From Mesotaenium endlicherianum (lineage: Eukaryota), in the NCBI GenBank assembly GCA_009602735.1, contig WELA01003208.1, positions 265,230 to 329,229 of the forward strand: a stretch of DNA of 64,000 bases, read 5' to 3'. Each line of letters opens with the position of its first letter. The first letter of the stretch is position 1. The position numbers and the translations under genes are program-made. The notes under the pieces were generated by a model that was not told the DNA's origin, did not search any database, and was given only the letters and a program-made list of their open reading frames with translations. Of this stretch, positions 1 through 11,600 are shown in pieces.

Positions 1-39
1 CGTCTCCCCCCCCCCCTTTCCTGGGCGGCCCAAGAGCAG

Positions 40-519
40 GCCATGCAGATGATTGGCGTGTACCGCGAGTTTGCGACGGAGCACGCGGCCATCCCCGTCA
101 TCGCCGGCCGCAAGTCGCCCAACGAGACGTTTGCGGGCGCCGTGCGCACGTACACCATCGAGGCCATGATGGGCGACCGCAAGGCGCTGCAGGCCGGCAC
201 CAGTCACAACCTCGGCCAGAACTTCGCCAAGGCCTTCGAGACCCAGGTGCGCTTGCGCATGCGCACACGGGAGCTCTTCTGGGGGGAAGGGGGGGGGGCA
301 CTTTTCTGTGTGTGTGTCTACTGCTTGTCGCTGCGTGCGTGCGCATGTTTGTGTGTGTGCGTGTGTGGGTGTGGGTGTGTGTGTGTGTGTGCGTGTGTGT
401 GTGTGCGTGTTTGGGTGCGTGAGGGTGTTTGGAGATAGAGGGTGGAGATTGGGGAGGTAGACGTGTCCGTGGACATGTGTGTGTGTGTGTGTGTGTGCGT
501 GCTTGCGCGCGCGTGGTGC

Positions 520-560
<41 letters not shown>

Positions 561-1893
561 CACACAGCAACAGCCACGACCTCGGCCGGGCCTTTGCCAT
601 AGCGTTTGAGGCTCAGGTGTGTTAGGTCTGTGAGAGGTGTTTGCATCGAAGGGGGGCGTAGCGCGTGCGGGCGTGTTCATGTCCGACGTGAGCCGCAACC
701 TGGCAAGGCCTTCGCTGAGGTGTTTTGGGCCTCGGGCGGGTTAGGGCTTCCGGGTACGTTACTGCGTAAGGTGAATGTTGTGGGGGCGGGGCAAGGGAGG
801 GACGGAGGGAGGGAGAACGAAGGAGGGAGCCCCCTGGGGGGGCATGGGTCCCAACCTGGGCCAGAACGTCAGAAACATGTCGGCACTGAAGCTTGTGAGG
901 GTGTGTGAGTGTCTGTGTTGGGGGGCAGGGGGGGTGTGTGTTTGTGAAGGGAAATGTTATCCTTTTAACGACATATGAGTATGTTTGAATGAATACAAAC
1001 AACACTGTGTCTCTGCAACTGGCATGCATTATACACACTTCCCATGTCACAGAAGGATAGCCAAGCGTGTATCTCCGCAGTTAAAGTCCACTTGCATGCA
1101 CATAAATTTACGTATCTAAACGTTTCCACAAACACACACATGTATCCCCTACGTGAATACATACAGTAAAATGTGAAGGGGGATGTACATGGGTGTGTGC
1201 GGCGTGAGAGCCCTCTCCTGAAGTCGATGGCTCCACGCTCCACATCCCTTCTTCATCAAACCGAAACGTTCCTCGTGCCCACCACTCCCCCCCGTGATGC
1301 GTGTGTGCATGTGCGCGTGCGTGCGTGCGTGCGTGTGTGCGTGTGTACTAAGCCTGCTTGTGTGCTACCACATGTCTTGCAAAGGGGTACACACCTCTCA
1401 AATTTTTGGGGCTCAATTCTTGTGTTGATTATGAACAAGTGCTCTGCAATTGAGCACATATAGAGCCTCTTCTCGTCTTGCTCTGAAAGTTTGGTTGATA
1501 TGCAGCTTGGGACAAGAGTGCCCCTCCCTCAGCAGCACATGTCCTCTGAGTGACTCAAAACGTTCTACGCTCTTCTAGCCCTTTCTTTCTCCTTTTTTTT
1601 TAGGAGTGCGCTCTTTGGTCAGGACGAGAGCGCCGCTCTGCAGCGCGTGTTGAAGGGACTGATTCATTCTGACTCGTTCATTGTTTCCTATGTGCTTTTG
1701 TTTTGTTTTTTTTTGTTCTTTAACTACCTTTTCAATATTTTCTGGGTGCAGTTCTTGGACGAGAGTGCGACGCTGCAGCACGTGTGGCAGACCTCGTGGG
1801 GGATGAGCACGCGCATGGTGGGCGGCGTCATCATGACACATGGCGACAACACAGGCCTCATGCTGCCGCCCAGGCTCGCGCCCATCCAGGTCA

Positions 1894-1944
<51 letters not shown>

Positions 1945-1982
1945 NNNNNNNNNNNNNNNNNNNNNNNNNNNNNNNNNNNNNN

Positions 1983-2049
<67 letters not shown>

Positions 2050-5000
2050 TGTGTGTATATGTGTGCATGTTTCTCCCTGTCGGGGTGTGTGTATATCTAT
2101 GTGTGCGTATGCGTGTGTATGCGTGCTTATACATGTGCGTGAGAGACAGGTCTAGAGAAGATAACTTAGGCTTTAGGGTTCATGTTTCAGGGCTTAGGGT
2201 TCATTGTTTTAGGTTTATCCTTGAGAGATGGGGAGAGAGAGTGTGCAAGAGTACGCGCTCCGCCCGGAACCCCACCATGCGTGCAGTCGTTCTCAGGCTG
2301 TGCTGCTTTCTTGCTTGCTTGCATGCAGTGCCTCTGGTGTGGAGTTCAATTACTTCCCTTCAAATTGCAGTGCAGTTCTTTTATTGATCGTGCGCGTTGT
2401 ACAACTACAAATATTGATTGATTGTGCACATCGTACGGAACAGATGTTAGTGATTGGGGAGCACACATCAAACGGGCCCCAGGACGCTCTGTACCCGACA
2501 CTTTTGCCAGGCATGCGCCGACAGAGCTGCTCATTTTGCAATATAGGATGCAATCATGTTTCTGAACAATCACATGAAGTTCTAGACTCTACTTAATGTA
2601 GCTGCTGCTTTTTGGGGGGGGGAGGCGGAAAGGGGGAAAGAAAAGTAATCTCTCAAGCATCAAGTATTTTTCTCAAATTATTTCCAATACCCCGCTCTTT
2701 CCCTTTGCCTTGGGAAGATGCTGGGTGCCTGCATCTGAAGCTATGCTGATGCGGATCCCACCATCTCCTGGTTCCAGATATCTGAAAAGAAACGTCCGAA
2801 GTGCTGAGCGCGAAAACCCCAAACCCGCCCTCTGGGCTCATCAACTGAGGCCCCCACCCATCGCCTCCTGCCTCCAAAGGAGCAAAACCCTAAAGTCTGC
2901 TGGCTCAGAAGGAGGAAATCCCTAATTCCTCTTGGCTCAGAAGGAGAAAGTCCCTGATTCCTCCTGGCTCGGAAGGAGCAAAACCCTACACTCTCCTGGC
3001 GCGGGAGGAGCAAAACCCTAAACCGTCACTGGCCCAGAAGGAGCAAAACCCCAAACCCTCCTGGCTCAGAAGGAGCAAGCTACCCAGAAATTTCTTGCAC
3101 ATGAGACCTACTCCCTGTCAACAGGAACTTTCCAGCCAATTGCACGAGGCCAATGCACTTTTCGCAAATTTAACAGGGGCCTGAAGCCTGCAGGTTCTAC
3201 TAACACGAAAGTTAAACCCTAATCTCTACTCTTGTCGACAACCTTGTTTCAAACCTTAAACTGCCCCCTTGTGAGTGTGCGATCTATCTTCCTTCCGCGC
3301 CGGCATCAATGGCTCAGCAGCATCCACGTCAGCGCGCCAGGCCTCAGCTGACACGTGCTGCCCGCCACTGCGTGCTGCCGTGGTGACAGGTGGCGGTGGT
3401 CCCCATCTGGAAGAAGGACACGGAGAAGGAGGCCGTGATGGCGGCGGCGGCCGCTGTGGGCGCGACACTCAAGCAGGCGGGCATCAGAGTCAAGGTTGAC
3501 AGCAGCGATCAGAAGACACCTGGCTGGAAGTACAACTTCTGGGAGATGAAGGTGAGATCCCGCACGCGCGCGCATGCACGCGCGCGCACGCTTTCCGCGT
3601 GGGGCTGGCCGGGGAACGTACGCGCGTCTGCTCTCTTTTCCCTGGCGTGGAACGGTCTTTGATGATGATGATGAGTATGTTGTCGGCCGCTCTGGTGACA
3701 GCTCCGTCGGCCGTTCTGTTGACAGCTCTGTCGGCTGCTCTGTTGACCGCTCTGCTGACAGCTACCTTGATGTTTCATTAAGCTGCGCTGTCTGTTTCCG
3801 CTGATCTTCGTGTGCTCTGGAGCCTAGAGCCTGGAGGCGGGGAGGTGCACATACAGACGTGCGCAAGTGTGCATGTCCGTGCTTCTTGTGGTGTCAAAGC
3901 ATGCAAACTGTACTACACACGAGAGGCGCGCACGCCCATGTCTGGTCTCCAAAAGGCGCGCTTGCGCGCGTGAGGACGCCCGTGCGCGTGTGCGTGTGCG
4001 CGTGTGTGTGTGCCCTTGTGGGCTTTCCAATCCTGCAACATACGCACATGCACATCTCCCTGCGCACGTAGTAACACACTTTTCTTACTTTGGGTTGAGG
4101 AAACATTGCCGTTTTGCACCCCATTCCCTGGAAACGAAGCGATTGCGAGAGCTCATGGCATGCACAACAAAAGAGGAAACACGGGGGCATGCACATGCAC
4201 ACATGCGCACCCGCACCCACGCGTGCGCATGGCCTTGTCACCCCTGCTGAAATCTATGTAGATCAAACAGACTGATGACACATGGGAGTACCAGTAGCTT
4301 CTTGCTCAAGTTGAGGAGAAGTATCCTGATGTACACACCTTTCTGGTGGTTCGTTCGAAGCTTCCTCACCTCTCCACTTGCCACGTACAGCTGACCACAC
4401 GCTGGAACGGCCACAGGCAGCAAGACTTTCAGAGGGGGGGGGGTGGGAGGGCACTCTCTGCCTGGAGAATTCCATTTCTCTCTTTCCTTTAAAGGTTTTC
4501 TTATTGGAAATTTGAATAAGTGTGCGTTCTCTCTTGTCTCAGGGTGTGCCGATCAGGATAGAGATCGGCCCCAGGGACGTGGCGTCCAATACGGTGGTGA
4601 CAGCTAGGCGCGACAAGCCAGGGAAGGAAGGGAAGGAGTTTGGGATCCCCATGGAGGCGGAGCCACTTGTTGCCCATCTGCGCACGCGGCTCGACGAGAT
4701 CCAGGCCAACATGCTGGCGATCGCAACCGCGTTTCGGGACAGGTGGCACTCTGCCTTGCCTCGCCCTTTGCAGTGTACAAGTGTTTTTCTTAATATCCGG
4801 ACTTGACTGCTAGCAACCGCGGTTGGGGCAGCCAAAATTTGACCGGTGCTTGTACTTAGGAGCGGCCTTTTGCTTTGGTGAGGATGTGGGTGTAAATTCT
4901 GTGTGTGCGTGTGTGGGAGAGAGTGTGCGAGTGTGCAAATGCATTTGCACGTGTGTTTGTGTGGGTGGGCACGTGCATGTGCGTGCGCGCGCGGGCGCAT

Positions 5001-5290
5001 GCACACGTTTTGTGCAGGTGTGCTTCATGTCACGAACTTGTATCGTACACAAGGGATGGAGGATTGCAAGTTCAAATGTGCGCATCAATACTAAGCTCGA
5101 ATTGTTTGCATCACACACCTTATATATAGTATTGAACCTCAGTACGGCAAGAGCCCCTCTGAAGTTAACATGTATTATATGTGGGGTGTGGCATGTTGCA
5201 GCAATATTGTGGACGTGACATCCTACGATGATCTTAAGGCCGCAATACTGGATGGCAAGTGGGCTAGAGGGGGCTGGGCTGGCAGGTGCG

Positions 5291-5357
<67 letters not shown>

Positions 5358-5479
5358 TNNNNNNNNNNNNNNNNNNNNNNNNNNNNNNNNNNNNNNNNNN
5401 NNNNNNNNNNNNNNNNNNNNNNNNNNNNNNNNNNNNNNNNNNNNNNNNNNNNNNNNNNNNNNNNNNNNNNNNNNNNNNN

Positions 5480-5559
<80 letters not shown>

Positions 5560-6018
5560 CGCGCGCGCGCGCACGCGTGCGCGCAATACTTGTGAGTTTG
5601 TGTGCGTTGTGGTGGGTGCGTTTATTTCTTTGTGTGTGCATGGACAATACATTGAAATATTTTACTTTAACATGGTAGAATATGGCCCAAAGTAAGGGGC
5701 ACTTGCAAATATTTGTGAATAACAAAGACATAATTTGAGTGTGATTCCTAGGACGTGCAGGCATGCCAATCTACTGTACTTTGTTGCGTGGCGACAATTA
5801 CTGGATGCTATTCAGATCAATGGTGCCCCTGGTTTTCCCATGTGGCTGACTTGTATTCATTTCTTTGAGTGAGCAGCAATGAGGATGAAAAGAGGATCAA
5901 AGATGACACCATGGCCACTCTTAGGTGTGTCCCGTTTGAGCAACCCCCAGGCAGGAAGACATGTTTCATGACGGGCGAACCTGCGCAAGAGGTCGCACTC
6001 TTTGCAAAGGCGTACTAG
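40..6018 (+). CDS. proS: Prolyl-tRNA synthetase, organellar (plastid/mitochondrial, OVA6-like); 3' part, six exons, 5' end upstream of the window
   Basis: Exons with AG/GT borders and consistent phases: 40-246, 1752-1889, 3390-3551, 4543-4742, 5202-5285, 5877-6018 (TAG). The splice product reads AMQMIGVY...[46 protein letters not shown]...[13 protein letters not shown]...[24 protein letters not shown]...FRDS/NIVDV...[32 protein letters not shown]...[18 protein letters not shown]. It contains class II motif 3, the anticodon-binding domain and the C-terminal FAKxY domain of archaeal/eukaryote-type ProRS, and closely resembles plant organellar ProRS as I recall it. Confidence 0.96.
1898..2047. 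repeat. (CT)n microsatellite with N gap; one of many intronic (CT)n, (GT)n, (CA)n and (CAG)n tracts
   Basis: Seen directly. Similar tracts at about 345-560, 5295-5556, 54364-54409, 56190-56244, 56895-57013 and 57308-57338. Confidence 0.95.
2166..2216 (+). repeat. Short interstitial telomere-like (TTTAGGG/TTAGGG) cluster in a ProRS intron
   Basis: ttagggctttagggttcatgtttcagggcttagggttcattgttttaggttt. Confidence 0.55.
2868..3080 (+). repeat. 32-bp minisatellite, about 6.5 degenerate copies, containing AAACCCTA
   Basis: Units start at about 2868, 2900, 2932, 2964, 2996, 3029 and 3061. Consensus approx CTGGCTCAGAAGGAGCAAAACCCTAAACCCTC. Confidence 0.9.
3684..3764 (+). repeat. 12/24-bp degenerate tandem repeat in a ProRS intron
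   Basis: cggccgctctggtgacagctccgt / cggccgttctgttgacagctctgt / cggctgctctgttgaccgctctgc / tgacagcta. Confidence 0.8.
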
Positions 6019-6789
6019 ACCAAGATGTTTTCCATCTGTGGCGTACATTGTCCCAAGCATGTGCATTGTGTGTATCATTGTCTTGAGATATAAGTTACCC
6101 GTCGAGACCATATGGTCATGCAATTCTTGCTCTATGTATAGTTTAAGAAAAGTTGAAGTGCTCCACCTTGTTGAGTGAGTCCTTGCTTAGCATTGTGCCT
6201 CTTGCTTTAAGTAGGTTCACTTCAAAACGTTTTTCCATGTATCATCTCACGCTCAACTAAGTTCAAGAAGTTATATGCACATGAGCAATTCAGTAACCAA
6301 CCAATATTTACGCGTATATGTCTCCAACTTAGAATCGAGTGCCAACGTATTTGCCGTGCTGACAATCAAGGTAATGCTTGCTATATGGATTGCACTCTGA
6401 ATAATTTTCATAACGTGGTTCAGGTGAAGTAGATTGAGAGAGTTGTAGCTGTGATCAACTTTCTCGGTGTGATGTTCACACTGTTTTATTTTTTAAAACC
6501 AATATGCTTTATAATTATCTATGAAGTTGTACAACAGACCAAAATATGTTTGGAGGCCTTAGAGTGCATATAGGGTGCTCTTGATACAACATTTAGTAGG
6601 TCTTTGAGAATTGAAAGATATCCTGCAAGGTACTTATTTTAACATTGCAGGTAAGTCTTGCATAACATAAGACTGTTGAAAATTGTTATTCAAATGTGTC
6701 AGTGCTATGGTAAGTGGTACAGCGTAGGTTGTTGGCTTACTATTAAAAGTGCTTGGAATACTAACAGCAAAACGCAAAGAGTTGATCAA

Positions 6790-7283
6790 TGTAGATATTT
6801 GAGTTATTATATATTAGTTTGCATATATTTTAATGTTTTCAAATATATTTGGAGTAGTATTGTGTGGAGTCAAGTGTGAATAGGTACTCTAGTAACTTGG
6901 TTCATGTCCTTTGAACCTTCCAAGGCATTTTCGAAGTCAGAGGAAAGACCTCCATGTGGCAAAAGTCAGATGTGCCATTTTTAGGTCAAAAGGACATGTG
7001 TACATTATTCTAGAAAGAGGTGGCAAGTTTTGGGATGTGTTGGGTGCCAACACATCAACATACACCTTCCTAGAAATTACTTATGTAGCAAGTATATAAA
7101 CAAGAGCTAGAACATAGAAAGACATTCCAGAATCACTCTTGTACTTGCCAAAATCCAGAAATATATTAACTTTCAAGAAGCCATCTCTCTTTCAAGAAGC
7201 TACCACTTGTGTTCAAAGATCCTTGTCTTGAATAGATAAAGTATTCTGTTTTACTAAGTACTTTATCTATCTGTTTCACTACA
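6790..7283 (+). repeat. 5' LTR of chromovirus copy 1 (494 bp)
   Basis: About 9 substitutions and a 9-bp indel relative to 13082-13584. TATATAAA at 7093-7100. Confidence 0.95.
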
Positions 7284-7284
7284 G

Positions 7285-7297
7285 TGGTATCGGAGCT
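7285..7297 (+). promoter_or_regulatory. Primer-binding site, initiator tRNA-Met type
   Basis: TGGTATCGGAGCT begins 1 nt after the LTR end and is one mismatch from the TGGTATCAGAGC iMet PBS typical of plant LTR elements. Identical in copy 2 (30410). Confidence 0.85.
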
Positions 7298-7320
7298 AGG
7301 CACTTTGGTAGCACAAGAAG

Positions 7321-8601
7321 ATGGCCGATCCTCAAGACCAACAGCAAGCTTTCGAAGGAAGCCCTTCTTCTCCAAGACACCCTCCTCCAGCGCCAATGGG
7401 AGAGCCCACTCAAGAAAATCTGCAACAACAAGAAGCACCACAAGGAGGAGCACACCCTCCTCCAACGTCGATGGGAGAGCCTACAAAAGGAAATCTGCAA
7501 CAACAAGAAGCACCACAAGGAGGAGCACCGTCAAATCCCGTGGCAGCCGCTATAGCAAAGTTGACCCCACCACAAGGAGTTCCCGCAAATGAGTGGGCAG
7601 CCTTCCTAATGACCGTCCACAACCAAGTGGGCTTGGCCACCTATGAAGCAACCGTGCAAGCGTCAAGAGAAGCTATGGCTGCCATGGTTGCCCCTATTGC
7701 GAGCAATGCTCAAAATCCAGCCCCGGCTCAAGCGCCTCCACAAGAGCCAACGAGAGCAAGGAAACTCATCAAGCCCGGCAAACCCGACACTTTCAACCCC
7801 GGGAAAGGTGCCAACCTGAATTTATGGCTCTACCAAGTGGAGACGTACCTCGCATTCCTTGAAGTACCCGAGGAGGACTACGTTCCCTTTGCCGTTACCT
7901 TACTTAGAGGAGCAGCAACATCATGGTGGCGTAACTATCAAGCGGCTATATATCAAGCTATGGCGCACCCCATGCTCGGCCAAGAGCCCCCACCATCATA
8001 TGCAAGATGGGCAGATTTTCGTGAGGCCCTCAAGAAGCAATTCATGCCCATCAATGCGGAGAAGATTGCCCGAGGAAAGCTCCACCATCTCAAGCAAACG
8101 ACGTCCGTTCAAGAGTATACATCCAGATTTCACGCCCTCACTCTTGAGATCCCCAACATGTCTCTCGAGGAGAAGATTGACCGCTACATCTTTGGCCTCA
8201 AACCCAAGGTGGCAAAGGAAGTGGAGTTACGCGACTTGACGGACTTCTCAAAGATCATTGAAGTGGCCCAAAAGGTGGATACCTTGGATTTCAAGCACTC
8301 CGTGCCTTCATCTTCACGGGTACCGACGACGCGGGTGTACGCAGCCCCTTCCACATCCGAATCTGGACCCACACCCATGGAAATCGGAGTTATTAAAAGG
8401 GACCCCGCGGCTGCCCGGAAGAGTGGAAGACCCTCCAATGACACTTATGATGCAAGAAACCAGCAAGGAGTGAAAGCAAGACTCTCCCCGGCTGAAAAAG
8501 AAGCTCTCATGACGGCTGGACTATGCTTTTATTGCAAGGAAAAGGGCCATCGTGCACTGTCATGCCCCAAAAAGTTGTCAAGAAACGGACAGCGCCGGTA
8601 G
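7321..8601 (+). CDS. gag: Retrotransposon Gag (capsid plus CCHC zinc knuckle), 426 aa
   Basis: Intact ORF with capsid-like segments (LLRGAATSWW; LKQTTSVQEYTSRF), the GPTPMEIG linker and CFYCKEKGHRALSC (CX2CX4HX4C). Confidence 0.93.
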   Translation: MADPQDQQQAFEGSPSSPRHPPPAPMGEPTQENLQQQEAPQGGAHPPPTSMGEPTKGNLQQQEAPQGGAPSNPVAAAIAKLTPPQGVPANEWAAFLMTVHNQVGLATYEATVQASREAMAAMVAPIASNAQNPAPAQAPPQEPTRARKLIKPGKPDTFNPGKGANLNLWLYQVETYLAFLEVPEEDYVPFAVTLLRGAATSWWRNYQAAIYQAMAHPMLGQEPPPSYARWADFREALKKQFMPINAEKIARGKLHHLKQTTSVQEYTSRFHALTLEIPNMSLEEKIDRYIFGLKPKVAKEVELRDLTDFSKIIEVAQKVDTLDFKHSVPSSSRVPTTRVYAAPSTSESGPTPMEIGVIKRDPAAARKSGRPSNDTYDARNQQGVKARLSPAEKEALMTAGLCFYCKEKGHRALSCPKKLSRNGQRR

Positions 8602-11600
8602 GCCAGGAGCTTACCACCCCAAGACCCACTTCACGAGAAGACAACAAGCCAAGTGAGGTGGAGACTTCCGTTGAAGACGACGTTCCAGCCCCAATGAGTT
8701 TGAGAGGTTACCTTGGAGGAGAGAAGGTCCACATCTTGGTGGATAGCGGAGCTCAAGGCAACTTCATTGCTGCAGATTTTGCCACCAAGCACGGTATTAC
8801 TATGCGAACTCTTGACCACGACAAGGAGATTATGATGCCCGATGGATTCTCCTATACTACCCCTTCCAAGAAGACGTACCCCTTGGCACTCTCCATCAAG
8901 TCCTTCAAGAATAGAGTAGCATTGTCCCCCATGCAATTGGGCAAGTACGACGTCATCCTAGGGACGCCTTGGTTGACCAAGCACAACCCCCAAGTTGATT
9001 GGAGGACCGGTACTATCAAGATCAAGTATGACATCACTTCAAGAATCTGTATTTTGCGCGCAATCCAGAATATCCAGACCCAAGACATCCAGAAGCCGAC
9101 ACACGAGATACTATTGTCCGCCCTCCAACTCAAGAGACTTGTGAGGAAGGGACACGAGCTTCTTTTGACCTTGATTACGCCAAAAGACATCAAGAAAGAC
9201 ATCGAGAGTCAAGAAGGCCGTCCCGTTCCCAAGGAGATACAAGAAGTCTTAGAGGACTACAAAGAAGTGTTCTCCCCGGAATTGCCCAAGGGCCTACCCC
9301 CCAAAAGATTCGTAGACCACAAGATAGAGTTNNNNNNNNNNNNNNNNNNNNNNNNNNNNNNNNNNNNNNNNNNNNNNNNNNNNNNNNNNNNNNNNNNNNN
9401 NNNNNNNNNNNNNNNNNNNNNNNNNNNNNNNNNNNNNNNNNNNNNNNNNNNNNNNNNNNNNNNNNNNNNNNNNNNNNNNNNNNNNNNNNNNNNNNNNNNN
9501 NNNNNNNNNNNNNNNNNNNNNNNNNNNNNNNNNNNNNNNNNNNNNNNNNNNNNTGCGCCCTCAACAAGATCACCATNNNNNNNNNNNNNNNNNNNNNNNN
9601 NNNNNNNNNNNNNNNNNNNNNNNNNNNNNNNNNNNNNNNNNNNNNNNNNNNNNNNNNNNNNNNNNNNNNNNNNNNNNNNNNNNNNNNNNNNNNNNNNNNN
9701 NNNNNNNNNNNNNNNNNNNNNNNNNNNNNNNNNNNNNNNNNNNNNNNNNNNNNNNNNNNNNNNNNNNNNNNNNNNNNNNNNNNNNNNNNNNNNNNNNNNN
9801 NNNNNNNNNNNNNNNNNNNNNNNNNNNNNNNNNNNNNNNNNNNNNNNNNNNNNNNNNNNNNNNNNNNNNNNNNNNNNNNNNNNNNNNNNNNNNNNNNNNN
9901 NNNNNNNNNNNNNNNNNNNAGCATGCGAGACACTTGAAAGAAGTCTTTGAAGTATTGAAGCAAAACAAGCTATTTGCGAAGGAGTCAAAGTGCGAGTTTG
10001 CCAAACAAAAAGTGGAGTTCCTAGGTCTCCACGTGACTGCTGATGGCATCAAGATGGACCCCAAGAAGACCACGGTGGTGGAGGAATGGCCAACCCCCAC
10101 GACCAAGAAAGAACTCCAGTCATTCTTGGGATTTGCCAATTGGTACAGAAAATTCATCCAAGGCTTCTCGCACATAGCAGCCCCCCTGACAGATCTACTC
10201 AAGAAGGACAGGCTATATACATGGACCGAGAAAGAGGAAGAGGCATTTCAAGAGTTAAAGCGAAGATTGACCACATCCCCGGTGCTCACACTCCCAAGTC
10301 CAAACCCAGATTGGCCCTTCCACGTCATCACCGATGCATCTTCCTATGCAATAGGAGCAATCCTGCTTCAAGACCAAGGCAAGGGACTGCAGCCCATCGC
10401 CTACGAGTCAAGGAAGCTAAATCCAGCCGAGCAAAATTATACAACCACGGAGCGAGAGGCATTGGCGATTGTACATGCCTTGAAGGTTTGGCGCTGCTAC
10501 GTTGAAGGACGCAAAGTACTGGTCACCACGGACCACGAGGCGTTAAAGCACCTCCAGACGCAGCCGTATCTCTCAAGGAGACAAGCAAGATGGAGCGGAT
10601 ACTTGCAACAATACAACATCACGATTCAGTACCAGCCCGGCAAGACAAACCCGGCTGACCCCCTCTCAAGACTGCAATTAAATGCAGTGATGGTATCCCT
10701 GAAGACAGATCTGGAAGCTCGATTTTCAGCCGCCTATGAAAGAGACCCTTACTACAAGAACGGAGAAGCAGCCTTGGACCCATGCAAGAAGCAAGAAGGC
10801 AATTATTGGGTGAGGCAAGATACGGGCCAGAGATGTGTTCCTAATGACTTAGACCTCCGGCTCTTGCTTCTACGAGAAGCACACGACAACCCTCTTGGAG
10901 GACACTTTGGAATCCTAAGGACCACGGGCGTTCTAGCTAGGACTTATTGTTGGCCAGGCATGTCTAAGCAAGTCAAGGAGTACTGCAGGAGCTGTGACAC
11001 ATGCCAAAGAATCAAGCCATCATCGCAAAAGGCGGGAGGACTCCTCCAACCACTACCAATCCCCGAAAGACAATGGACGGACATCTCAATGGACCTTATC
11101 GTGGACTTGCCCGTGACACCTCGAGGCCATAATGCAATACTCACGGTGGTGGACAGACTTACCAAGATGGCTCATTTTATTCCCACGACGACTAAGGCTA
11201 CAGCACCACAACTTGCAAGACTCATCTTTGACAACATCTTCCGACTCCATGGACTACCATCAAGAATTGTGTCAGATAGAGATCCAAGATTCACAAGCCA
11301 TTTCTGGAAAAATCTCTTCAAGAACTTGGGTACATCGCTGGATATGTCTACTGCCTACCACCCACAATCAGATGGGCAAACCGAGCGTATGAATCGTACC
11401 CTAAAGACCTCTCTAAAGGCCTACGTGTCTACCCTCGAGCAAGACTGGGACATGTACTTGACCCCCCTCGAGTTTGCCTACAACAACACTACGCAGGCCT
11501 CTACCCAAGAGTCCCCATTCTTCCTCAACTATGGCTTCCATCCGACCACGCCACTGAGCTTCACGGCTGGCCATGATGAAGTACCTGCAGCCACAGATTT

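Noticed and set aside
2868..3080. CRISPR-like appearance of the 32-bp repeats (also the 56-bp array at 45.3-46.5 kb)
   Set aside because: Head-to-tail degenerate units with no unique spacers, no cas genes and a eukaryotic context.
98..5764. Many ORFs rich in HT, CV, LS or RE dipeptides (also 53.7-59.8 kb)
   Set aside because: They are translations of (CA)n, (GT)n, (CT)n and (GA)n intronic microsatellites.
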